From Rebecca billardiae RCC1528 (lineage: Eukaryota > Protista > Haptophyta), in the NCBI GenBank assembly GCA_965240325.2, contig OZ251232.1, positions 62,001-126,000 of the forward strand: a DNA stretch of 64,000 bases, given 5' to 3'. Shown here piece by piece: positions 36,534 through 47,000 of the stretch (its first letter is position 1; every line of letters starts with the position of its first letter). The notes beneath the pieces are model-generated. The model had not been told where the DNA came from. It did not search any database and saw only the letters and a program-made list of their open reading frames with translations. The translations under genes and the position numbers were made by a program.

Positions 36534-37409
36534 CCGGCCCGCGGAGGCGACCCGTTGCACGGGTGAGTAACCGTGAGCGTATGAAAAAACGACATGCGTA
36601 TGAAATGTCGGTTTTGTCACTCGCGCTGCCGCATGGCTGACGCCCGCGCCGATCCGAGCGGAATGGGGCATTGCGAAGCCGATTCGCAATGCCCCAATCC
36701 AATCGGCATGTCAATCGACCCAACCGTCGCTGAGAACGAACGACAAAACCCAAGGCAGGTGCCCACCAAGGCCCGCGCGCCGGCAGCGTGAACGCGCGGT
36801 CGCGCAGAGGTGGCCAATGCAGAAGGCATCAGCCAATGCTGCTGCCTTCGGCAAGCGCGCCACCTCAGCGTCAGCATCGGGTGGGACCGTGACGATATAT
36901 GCCCTGGGTGCGGCTCCAGCCAAACGCCCTCGACACGGGGAGCCGCCATCGGCAGCGAGCGCGCCACGGATACATACACGTGCTGTCCTCGTGAACGAGG
37001 ATTCAGGAGACGAGGCGCCGGCGGCTCGGCCCGCGATGCGCAGGCAGGCTGGAGTGGCTCACGCTGCAATCGCGTGTACGGGTACAGAAGGCGTGCGCAC
37101 GCAACAACACCGCCTACGTGAAGCGAGTGGGCAAGCTGCTGAAGCTCTCACGATGCGTGCGCGCCTTCCTTCTCACCTCTGCGCTCGCCGACCGCTGCCT
37201 TCCGCGCGGCAGACAGGGGACACCTGCCACCTGGCGCGCACGACGCAGCGTGTAACGCAGAAGGTGGTAGATCCGCTGCCACGCTCCCGCTGCCGCTGCT
37301 GCCGGCGGCAGCGGCATGCCCGAGGCGGCGACGGTGACTATCACTGCCAAAGTGTCGTTTTTTCGGCGCTCACGCGTGCAACTGGTCAGGCGCATTATTC
37401 GCGGACCGG
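36534..37409. mobile_element. 876-bp non-autonomous TIR DNA transposon (MITE-like), 3-bp TSD TGG
   Basis: Left end CCGGCCCGCGGA vs right-end reverse complement CCGGTCCGCGAA (10/12). Next block GACCCGTTGCACGGGTGAG vs GACCAGTTGCACGCGTGAG (17/19), then GAAAAAACGACA (12/12). TGG at 36531-36533 and 37410-37412. Confidence 0.7.
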
Positions 37410-37853
37410 TGGGGGCGAAGAGTAAGGCATGATGGAATTTCGTCAGGCCTGGCTAGCCGAAAGCGGGCAACATTGCCGACACGCGCCTGGCGGCTGCGCC
37501 GCAGCGCGGCTCATTCGCGAGGGCCCGCGGGGCGCCGAGCCACTGGCCTGGGGGCCAACCGCACCGTTGAGTTGAGGGTATCCCGGGCGCCGTTGTGTCG
37601 TCGAGCCGAGCATTACCGAGCATGACATGCATCACCGACGACAGTCGTCACGGCGGACAAGCGCACCTGATCCGGGACCCGCGTACTTCTCACGCCGCCT
37701 GCGGACGCAGCCCGCGGCTCGGAAGGCCTCCATCGTCGCGGATTTCTGGGACGCCGGCACGCCGCCGAAACCTTGCCGAAACGGCCGGTGCCCTTTGAAA
37801 AGGCGCCGCGCGGCCGTCAATGCGTCAACTTCCGTGACGCCCACCCAAGTCAT

Positions 37854-39935
37854 ATGGCGCTCGGCTCCACCGACGTGCTGCTCGAGGCGCGCCGCCGGCT
37901 GGCGCTGCCCGCGCGCGCGCCGCTCGCGCCCGCGCCGCCGCAGCGCGAGGTTCTCGAGCCGTCCCACCGCGCCGCCCACCCGCCAAAGCCCGCCGCGCAC
38001 GCCTCCGCCGCCGCGGAGGACGCCGAGGCCGCCGCGGTGCGCTCGCAGCTGGCCGACGCGCTCGAGCGCGAGCACGCGCTGCGCGCGCAGCTGCGCGAGG
38101 CGCACGCCGAGCTCGACCTGCGCGCGGACGAGGCGGATGCGCTCGCGCGCGAGGCGCACGCCGCGCGCGAGGCCGAGCTGCGCGAGAACTCCGCCGCCGT
38201 GCGCGCGCGCCAGTGCGCGCTGGACTCGCGCGGGGCCGAGCTGCTGAGCCTCGTCGACCGCCTCGTCGCCAAGGACGGCGCGCTCGACGCGGAGCGCGCC
38301 GAGAGCACGCGCGCGTGCGAGCAGCTCGACGCGCTGGCGCGCGCGCTCGCCGACGTCGCGCGCGAGCTCATCGGAGTGCCGCCCGAGCGCGCGCGCGGCG
38401 CCGACGACGACGGCGGCGCCGGCGGCGCGCGGCGGGGCGGCGCCGCCGCCGCCATGCCGCCGGGCGCGCGGCTGGCGCGCTGCGTGATGCGCGCGGAGGT
38501 GGGCGCGCGCGCGCTGATGGACGCGAGCCGCCTCGCCGTCGAGCGGCTGCGCGCCGACGCGAGCGCCACCGCCGCCGCGCTCGAGGAGGCGCGCGGCGCC
38601 GCGCGCGCAGACTCGGCGCGCGCGGCCGCGCTCGCGACGCAGCTGGCGGACAGCGAGGCGGAGGCGCGCGCGGCGCTGCGGCGCGCGCAGGCCGCGGCGG
38701 ACGAGGCGGTCGCCTCCGCCGCGGTCGAGGTGCAGCGCAGCCGCACGCGCGAGCAGCAGGCCACCGCCGCCGCCTCCGAGCTCCGCGCGCGCGCCGCCCG
38801 CGCGTCCGAGCTTCTCGAAGACGCGGCCGCGGCGCGCGCGCGCGCCGCGGCCGCAGAGGACGCGTGCGCGGGCGCGCACGAGCAGCTGCAAACGCTGCGC
38901 GCGGAGTGCGCGAGGCTCGAGCGCGAGCTGGGGCGCGCGCGCGGCGCGGGGGGCGCCGAAGCGCACGACCGGCGCGCGCTCGCGGGCCGGCGCGAGCTGG
39001 CCGACGCCACTGCCGCCGAGGGCGCGCGCCGCAGCGCCCGGGACAGCGGCCGCGCCGAGCCGCGCGGCCGCGGCCGCGCCGTGCGGGCGGAGGGAGCCGC
39101 ACCCACCGCAGCCGAGCCGCGGCCGCCAGGCGCGGCGGCGTCCGCCAGCTGGGCGGCGCTGCTTGCGCCGCACGCGGCCGCGGCAGCAGACGCGCACGCA
39201 GCCGCCGCCACGGCGGAGGCCGCGCCGGGCGCCCGGCCCGGCGCCGAGTCCCCCGCCGCACGAGCCGAGGGCTGGGCGGCGGCCGAGCCCCCCGCCGAGC
39301 AGAGCCTGCCCGCGCCGCCGCCCTCCCCACTCGTGCCCTCGCTCCGCGCGCCGCCGCGCGCCGCCGACGCGCACGCCGGGGGCGGCAGCGCCGTGGGCGC
39401 CCTCGCCCCCCTCCCTCTGCCTGCGCACGGCAGCGCCCAGGCCTCAGCCCAGGCCTCAGCCCAGGCCTCAGCCCAGGCCTCAGCCCAGGCCTCAGCCCAG
39501 GCCTCAGCCCAGGCCTCAGCCCAGGCCTCAGCCCAGGCCTCAGCCCAGGCCTCAGCCCAGGCCTCAGCCCAGGCCTCAGCCCAGGCCTCAGCCCAGGCCT
39601 CAGCCCAGGGGTCAGCGCTGGCCACAGGGCTGGACAGCCTCTGGCAGCTCGTGGCCGCGCTGCCCGCACCGCCGGCCGTCGGGCCGGCACCGGCGCAGCC
39701 CCGCGTCGGGGCGAGCGGCGAGGGCGACGAGATGGCGCCTCTGCACGACGGCGCGAGCTCGCCGCCAGCCGTGCGCGCCGGCACGGCCCTCAGCCCGGAG
39801 CCATCCGCCGGTCGGCGGCCGCCGCACGCTCGCGAGCCGAGCCTGAGCCCGGCCGCGGCGAGCTCGAGGCGCCGCAGCAATCGGTCGCGCCGCCACCGAC
39901 CCGTCGTCGACTCGGACGTCGAAGGGGCGCCCTGA
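37854..39935 (+). CDS. Hypothetical coiled-coil protein with SAQA tandem repeat (693 aa)
   Basis: Long ORF with heptad-like E/A/R/L composition and the same GC3-rich codon style as neighbouring genes. First ATG at 37854. No family recognised. Confidence 0.7.
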   Translation: MALGSTDVLLEARRRLALPARAPLAPAPPQREVLEPSHRAAHPPKPAAHASAAAEDAEAAAVRSQLADALEREHALRAQLREAHAELDLRADEADALAREAHAAREAELRENSAAVRARQCALDSRGAELLSLVDRLVAKDGALDAERAESTRACEQLDALARALADVARELIGVPPERARGADDDGGAGGARRGGAAAAMPPGARLARCVMRAEVGARALMDASRLAVERLRADASATAAALEEARGAARADSARAAALATQLADSEAEARAALRRAQAAADEAVASAAVEVQRSRTREQQATAAASELRARAARASELLEDAAAARARAAAAEDACAGAHEQLQTLRAECARLERELGRARGAGGAEAHDRRALAGRRELADATAAEGARRSARDSGRAEPRGRGRAVRAEGAAPTAAEPRPPGAAASASWAALLAPHAAAAADAHAAAATAEAAPGARPGAESPAARAEGWAAAEPPAEQSLPAPPPSPLVPSLRAPPRAADAHAGGGSAVGALAPLPLPAHGSAQASAQASAQASAQASAQASAQASAQASAQASAQASAQASAQASAQASAQASAQASAQGSALATGLDSLWQLVAALPAPPAVGPAPAQPRVGASGEGDEMAPLHDGASSPPAVRAGTALSPEPSAGRRPPHAREPSLSPAAASSRRRSNRSRRHRPVVDSDVEGAP
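39435..39609 (+). repeat. 12-bp tandem repeat (GCCCAGGCCTCA) x14 plus a partial copy, encoding (AQAS)n
   Basis: Perfect copies read directly. Confidence 0.97.
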
Positions 39936-40111
39936 GCCCGATCGTGATCCGGCCTGACGAGCGATCGAGGTGGGCGAGGGCGACGAGGCGCCATGCTGAT
40001 GCCTGTTTGCTGACGTCTGGCGCATGCACACTGAGTGCCGTTGACAGCCGAACGGCGCTGACGGTTGTGAGCACCGGCGGCAGGCGGCCCGGCGCGCGCG
40101 GCACCGGCCGG

Positions 40112-40951
40112 ATGGTGCACATCGACGTGGGCTCGGGCGTGCCCGGCGAGCCCGTGGACACCGGCGGCTCGCGCTTCACCTTCCACGCGCTCCCCGCCAC
40201 CGAGTTCCACGTGCAGCAGGGCGGCGCGGCCCTCGAGCGCCTCAAGAAGTGGGACCTGTCCGGCACGATGGTGCTGCGCGCGTTCCGCTTCGACCAGCAG
40301 CTGCAGCGCGCGCAGATCGACGCGTTCATGCTCGACCTGTTCAACGACCCGAACGTCGCGGCGGCGCTCCCCGTGTGCACCGGCCGCGGCGCGTGGGGCC
40401 CGCTCGGCCGGCCGGTGAGCGCGGTGCGCAAGTCTGAGGTGCCGACCACCGCCGTGCGCACCGACCTCTTCGACCGGCTGTACGAGCACGGCATCGCGGC
40501 GCGGCCGCGCGCGGGGGAGGAGGGGGGCGGGTACATCGCCAAGTGCCTCGACCAGCCCCTCGCCGACGGGCTCGTCGCCTCCGACCGGCTGCGGCTGCTG
40601 CTGTGCGACGAGGGCTCTGACGAGTGGGGCCTGTACGCGGAGGGCGAGCGCGCCGAGCTGCTCTTCCGCTGCCTGCGCCACGTGTGCGTCGGCGGCGGGC
40701 TGTGCCAGTACGAGGACCGACTGGGCCCGCTGCTCGACGCGACGAAGGCGCTGTACCGCGACCTCGTGCGCGTGCGCAAGAACGGCTCCACCGGGCAGCT
40801 CGAGGTGGGCTCGTGGACGTACGCGCTGCACGGCGCGGACGGCACGCAGCTCTGGGCGCGCGAGTCGCCGCACAACTTCTGGTACGTGAGCGTCGACCCG
40901 CTCAAGCGCCACGTCGTCGTCTGCGCCAACACGTACATACCCATGTTCTGA
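40112..40951 (+). CDS. CFAP300: Cilia- and flagella-associated protein 300 (C11orf70/DUF4498), dynein-arm assembly factor (279 aa)
   Basis: LKKW, LFDRL, SDRLRLLL..E.SDEW.LY...ERAELLFRCLRHVCVGGGLCQYED..PLLDATKALYRDLVRVRK and HNFWYVSVDPLKRHV match the family pattern. Confidence 0.9.
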   Translation: MVHIDVGSGVPGEPVDTGGSRFTFHALPATEFHVQQGGAALERLKKWDLSGTMVLRAFRFDQQLQRAQIDAFMLDLFNDPNVAAALPVCTGRGAWGPLGRPVSAVRKSEVPTTAVRTDLFDRLYEHGIAARPRAGEEGGGYIAKCLDQPLADGLVASDRLRLLLCDEGSDEWGLYAEGERAELLFRCLRHVCVGGGLCQYEDRLGPLLDATKALYRDLVRVRKNGSTGQLEVGSWTYALHGADGTQLWARESPHNFWYVSVDPLKRHVVVCANTYIPMF

Positions 40952-41289
40952 CGACGCTGTGCCGCGGGGGTGCGCTGGGACGGTTGTGCCGTGGGCCGCC
41001 GGCGCAGGTCAGCCGGCCTGCCAGCCCTGTGAGCGCGCCGGCACGGCCTGCGCCGTCACTGCGCGGTCCGACTGCACGGCGGGTGGCCGATCGGTCCGTG
41101 CCGGCCCGCGCTCAATAAATAGTAGTCGCGCGACGATGATCATCATATCGTCGTCATCATCACGACTGATATGCGATGCTGATGATGACTATCGGGCGGT
41201 CGTTGTCGTCGGGCACGGTCCGCGGGACCGTCGGCGGGACCCGCGGGTTAGGGTACGGTGGCGGCATTATTAATTAATTATATATATAT

Positions 41290-43928
41290 CACAGTGCCGC
41301 CGGAAAACTGCTCAGGGTGACGTTTTAAGTTGTCCGCACCACTAGTCGAATCATCGGACAATTCTGAAGCGGTGCGCCTAAATTCGGCGCACCATAGGCG
41401 CGTCGAATCGTGGCACAGACCTTGGTAGCAGGCCACACCTGAGCGCGCTGCGCGCGCCGACGCGCGCTCGGCGCGGGCAAAAAATCATGCGCCGTTGGCA
41501 TTACGCAGCCCCGCGCAGCGCTGTGCTCGAGCTCGGCGGCGGCGAAAGCGGGCGGGCGCACACGGCGGTGCCCGTGCGCGCTGCTCCGAGCGCAGCTGCG
41601 GCCACCCCGGCGGCATACCGCCGGTCGAGGGCACGAAAACCGATTTTTCGGGAAAATGCAGAGCAGCGGCGCCCGAGCGCGCCCGAGCTCGTCGCAGCAC
41701 AGTCTCCTGGTGGCTGCGCCCCGTGAAGCCACGCCACGCGGGGCGCTGGCGTGCGCGTGGCCTGCGCCCACCGTGCGCTGCCCGATCATGGCCGTCGACC
41801 GCTCCGAGCGCCTCACCACGCGTGCTCGAGCCCACCGATACTGACGCCCGAGCACGGTGCCGGCAGCGCTCGCAGGTGGGCGTCGGAGAAAACACGCCGG
41901 CCGAACGAGCTTGAAGCGTCCGCCGCGATGCCAACGGCAGCGGACGACGTGCGCGCCACCTCGGCGCCAGTCGCCCAGCCCTTGCGCGGCGGTGCGGGCT
42001 CGCTCGTTCGCCGCCATCAGCTGCGCGCGCGCAGCCCGATCACTGCCCGCTGGTTCTGTTGTCGAGCAGCTGCGGCCTGCCACGCGCACTGCCGGACATT
42101 GAGCCACAGCGCGAGCACGCGCCTCGTCTGGCACGCGCGAGCACTCAGCATCGTGCGTGGCCACCATGACGCGCCCATCTGCGCCAGCAGCGATGAGCAC
42201 GCCGCCGTTCAGCTCGCATCGGGCTCGCTCGCGACGCAGCAACGCGCGGCCGTAGCGGCAGCAGCGGCGCCGTCGAGCACGCGCAGCAAACAAATATGCA
42301 GCGCGGGCGAGTCGACGGTCTGGAAAATGCGCGATCACGCCTCAGCAGGCTGGCAGAGCCCGCCCGAGCTGCAGCATGCCGTAGGTGCTGCCCCAAGCTC
42401 TCGACTGCCCGTAAGCGGCGGCATGTGCGGCGGCGCCGGCGGCGGCCATGCTGCCACGCCGTTGCGCGCCGCGGGGCGCCGTCGGCACCTCTGTGGTGAA
42501 GCGCACAGAGCTCGAGCCCACGGGGGCTGGCGACCGTCAAACCGACACCCCATGACGCGGGGCTGCGTGCGCCAGCTGCGCGCACTCCGTGGGCCCACCT
42601 AGCCCGCTCGAGCAGCTCGCCTTGGGTGCGCGCAGCGGCTCGAGCACACTGGTATGGGACGCCTGCCTGCGGTGCCGCCGAGCACATGCGGCCGACGGTC
42701 ACTCAGCACGGGCGACTCGACGGCGGCGAGCAGGCGCGACGGCCTCGCCGCGCCGCGGAAAAGCCTGCCCGGGCTGCAGCACGCCGTAGGAGCAGCCCAG
42801 CGCCCTCCTCCGCCCTCCAGCTTCGGCGCGCGCAGCAGGCCCGGCGGCGGCCATGCTGGCGTGCCCAAGCATGAAGATGGGCGCGGCCGGCCGCGCCGTC
42901 GCAAAGCGCGCAGAACTCGAGCTCGGGGGGGCGGACGGCCGCCAAACTGGCGCGGCAGGACGTGGCACTGCGTGCGCCAGCTACGCGCACCCGCTGCGCC
43001 CGCGTGGCCCGTGCGAGCGCCGCGCCTCGAGCACACGCAGCTGCTCGACACAGCCACGGCAGTGTGGCTTGTGCGCGTGCACGTGATCAGTCTCAGCTCT
43101 GAGGCGCGCGCTCAGGAGGGCTGCGGCCGGGCCGAGCGCGATCTGCGCGGACGGTACAGCCTGGCGGCTCATGCCAGCCAGCCCAAAGCCCGCTCCGCCA
43201 TCCGCGTCATGGCGCTCCAGCCTCTCGCGTGCTGCGCTGCAGCCGCGCTCGGCAAAGACGTCGCCCAGCCCGCCTTGCACGCGGCTGAGCAGTGGCAGCC
43301 AGGCGAAGCGTCGTCGCGGGCGAGGCTGCGCTGGGTGATGCGGCTCGGGTCGGTGGGCAAGTCGCACCCCGCCGTCGGTCGCCTCCACGCCTCAGGCTCG
43401 CTCGAGGTCAAAGACAACTGCGCGGCGCGGCGTTTGCGCGGGCGGGCCGCGGGCGTGGCGGGGTGTACGCGTGCAATGTCACAGCCTCCCACACAATTTC
43501 AGGAGGGTGAGACGCACCGCCAGCGGCACCCGCACACAATCCCACCCTGCGCGAGCCACCTGCCGTGTCGACTGAAGCATCAGGCTCGGGCGCAACCGCG
43601 GGCGGTGCATGCAAGAAGCTCGCGAAACGCACCGCGCGCGCCGTGAGGGCGAAAGGAGAGCACCCGTCAGGGCGGCGAGGAACTTGATGCCCAGCGCCAC
43701 GCGGAAGACGACCCCAGCCCGCGTCGACGCATAGTCGGGCCCGCGAGCAGCCTCGTCGGTCTTCGCCGAGTAGATCGCGCCGCGAGCCGAGGCACCGCTC
43801 GTTTGAGGCTCCGTCCGCCGCGAAGTCGCGGCTTCCACCCGAGTTCCACTGTCCGGCCGAGACCGGATTCGCTGACTCGAGCTGCGGACCGTCCGAAGCG
43901 TCACGGAAAATTCCAATCCTGCACTGTG
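41290..43928. mobile_element. 2,639-bp non-autonomous DNA transposon with CACAGTGC termini (CMC/Chapaev- or Transib-like), TSD ATAT
   Basis: CACAGTGC at 41290-41297 and GCACTGTG at 43921-43928. Both ends share inner blocks GGAA, GTGACG-N9-GTCCGCA and AGTC..GAATC. ATAT lies on both flanks (41286-41289, 43929-43932). No intact transposase recognised. Confidence 0.8.
42360..43040. repeat. Diverged internal tandem duplication with a 405-bp period
   Basis: Three blocks align at exactly +405: 42369/42774, 42436/42841 (18 nt identical), 42563/42968. Confidence 0.85.
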
Positions 43929-44082
43929 ATATATTATTCGTTCATATATAGCTAGTTATTGGCGCGGGTCGAGTGTCCGTCCTAAGCAGCCGCATGTATC
44001 ACTGTCGTCTGTCGAACAGCCAACGGTCGGTCAGCCAAGGGTCCTGGTCCGCCCGGTCCGTTGGTCGTGCCCGGCTCTGCAG

Positions 44083-47000
44083 CTACGGGCACGAATAGCA
44101 ATACGGCGCAGCGCGCAGCCGCTGGGGCGAGACGTCGGCCAGCCGCTGCTGCGGCCCGTCGTCGGGCACGACCAGCTGCACGCCGCCGTCCTCCGCCAGC
44201 CGGAGCACCTCGGCCGAGCCGCCCACGTCGTAGTAGCGCGAGAGCCAGAAGAGCGTGGCGGCGGTGCACACCTCCTGCTGCTCTGCCAGCTCGGAGAGCC
44301 GCGCGCCCGATGCCGCGCGGCGCGCGCGCTCGGCCGGCGGCGGCGCGGGTGCGGCCGCGCGGTCGCGCGGCGGCGGGGAGGGCGGCGGCGACGACGGCTG
44401 GGCGCGCGCAGCGTCGGCGGTCGCGCGGCCGCTCGCGCCTGCCGCGTCGCCACCCGCACTCCCCGCGACACCCTCACGCGCCGCGGCCGGGCTGGCGGGC
44501 GGCGGCGTGCCGTGCGCGCGTGCGCTCGGCTCTTGCCGCGCCGCCGCCGCGCGCTCGGCGCGCATGCTCGCCAGCTCGGCGCGCAGGTGGCCGAGCTCGG
44601 CGGCGAGCTCCGAGTGCAGCGCGGCGGCGCCGGCGGTGTCCGCGCGCGCGGCGGGCGCGGGCGAGGCCGCGGCCGGGACGGCGGCCGCGGCGGCGTGGCC
44701 GCCGTGCGCGGGCGCGGGCCCGGGCGGCGGCGTGTGCGCGGCAGCGTGCGGCGGCGGCTGCCATGGCGGCGGCTGCACGAGCGGCGAGGCCGCGCCGCCC
44801 GGCACCGCGGGCGGCTGCGCGAGCCGCGCGTGGTGGTATGGCGGCAGTGCCAAGCCGAGCGCGGCGCCGGGCGCCCCGCCCGCGCCGCTCGGCCCGTGCT
44901 GCCACGCGTCGCCGCCCGGTGCGCGCTGCCAGTGCCAGTGCTCCGCGCCGGGCTGGGGGTCGGGCCGGGGGCTGGTCTGCGCGCCGAGGCTGCGCGTGTC
45001 CGTCGCCTGCACGCCCACGCAGGCCACGCTCGGCCCGCCGGCGCTGTGCGCGCACGCAGGCCAGGGAGGGGCGGCGGCGGCTGGTGCGATAGCAGGCGGC
45101 GGCACGGCCGCGCGGAGCGGCGCGCCGGCCGCAGCGGCCGGGTGGGCGGCTGGCGGCTGCGGCGCCGTCGGCGCCGCGGCCGGCACCGAGCTCGGCGCGC
45201 GCGGCGGCGAGTCGGCGGGCGCGCGCGCCTGCGCGCCCACCGCGCGCGTCGCGGCCGTCGCCTGCGCGCCCACGCTGCGCGTCTCCGCCGCCGCCACCGC
45301 CGCCGGCGCCGCCTGCTCCTCGGCCGCCTGCACGCCGACGGAGCACGGCCGCGGCGCGCGCGGCGGCGTCGTCTGTGTCGACGCGGCGGCGGGCAGCGGC
45401 GCTGTCTGCACCGCCACGCTGGGTGGCGGCGGCGGCGGCGCGTCGACCTGCACCGCGGCGGCGACGCGCGGCGGCGGCGGCGGCGGCACCGCCTGCACGC
45501 CCTGCTCGCGCGCCGCGCCGCGCCGCGCCCAGCCCTCGCCGCCGGCGTCGGTGCCCGCGTCGCGCGTGCGCGCGCACGCCTGCTCGCCCGCGTCGCGCGT
45601 GCGCGCGCACGCCGTCTGCGTGTGCGCCGCGCGCCGCGCCGCCGCGCCGCCCGTCTGTGTGTGCGCGTGCGCTGCGCGCGAGGGCGGCGGCGCCGCCGCG
45701 GCCACCCCGCCGCCGGCGTCGGTGGCGGCGTCGACCACCGCCGCCGCGTCCGTCTGCGAGCGCGCGTGCGCGCAGCGCGGTGCGGCCTGCGTGCCGCGCG
45801 CAGCCACGGCCGCCGCGCGCGCCGCCGGCCGCTCGGCGGCGGGCTGGGCGGCGGGCTGGGCGGCGGGCTCGGCGGCGGGCTCGGCGGCTGCCGAGCCGGC
45901 GCTGCCGTCGGCGGCGGCGGCGGCGCGCGGCGTGTCGCGCTCGGGCCGCGCGCTTGCCGCCTCCGCCCCCGCCTCCGCCTCCGCCGCGTGCGCCAGCGCC
46001 GCGCACGCCGCCTCCAGCTCGAGCGCCACGCGCAGCGCGCCGCCCGCCTCGGCGCGCGCGGCGTCGGCGATGCCGCCCACCGCCGCCAGCGCGGCCGCCG
46101 CGTCGTCGCGCGCGCGCGCGGCGCCCTCGAGCGCGTCGGCGGCGCGCGCGGCGTCGCGCGCGCGGCGGGAGCCGTGCTCGTGCGCGGACGCGTCGGCGCG
46201 CGCGCGCGCGGCGCTCAGCTCGGCGCCGAGCGCGGCCGCGCGCCGCTCGGCCGCGCGCGCGCGAGCGTCTGCGTCCGCGCGCGCCGCCGCCTCCGCCGCC
46301 GCCTCGCGCCGCGCCGCGCGCAGCGCCGCGTCGCGCGCGCCGTCGGCGTCCGCGGCCGCGGCGCGCTGCGCCTCCGCCGCGGCGAGCGCGGCGCGCGCGC
46401 CGCCGAGCGCGCTCTCGAGCGCGGCCGCGGCGTCCGCGGCGGCGCGCGCCGCCTCCGCCGCCTCCGCGCGCGCCGCCGCCGCATCGGCCGCGCCCGCGTC
46501 CGCGCGCGCGCGCGCCGCGCCCGCCTCCGCCTCCGCCGCGGCGCGCGCCGCCTCCGCGTCCGCGGCGCGCGCGCGCTCCGCGCCGAGCTGCGCGCTCATC
46601 GCGCCGAGCAGCGCAGCGTGCTGCTCCGCCGTCGCGCGCGCGCCCTCCGCCTCAGCCGCGCGCGCGGCCGCGTCGGCGCGCGCCGCCTCGAGCGCAGTGG
46701 CGTGCACGCCCAGCTCGGCTCGCGCGCCGTCGAGCGCGCGCCGCGCTGCGGCCGCTTCCTCGCGCGCGGCGCCGAGCTCGGCGGCGCGCGCGCCCGCGGC
46801 CGCCGCCATCGCGCCGAGCGACGCGCGCAGCGCCAGCCCCTCCGCCGCGGCGCGCTCCGCCTCGGCGCGCGCCGCGCGCGCGGCGGCCGAGTCCGAGTCG
46901 GCGGCACCGCCGCCGCCGGCCGCGCGTGCCGCGTGCGCGCGGTGCGCGTGCGGCGCGGTGCGCGGCGCGCGCGCGGCACGCGCCGCCGCCGCCGACGACG

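Noticed and set aside
36480-37449. 10-bp direct repeat TCGTCAGGCC as a Mutator-type TSD
   Set aside because: No inverted repeats abut it; the internal CCGG/TGG boundaries explain the element better.
39435-39609. CRISPR-like array
   Set aside because: Contiguous tandem repeat with no spacers, inside a eukaryotic CDS.
41290-41330. True 12/23 RSS pair
   Set aside because: The heptamer is present, but there is no ACAAAAACC-like nonamer at 12 or 23 nt on either end.
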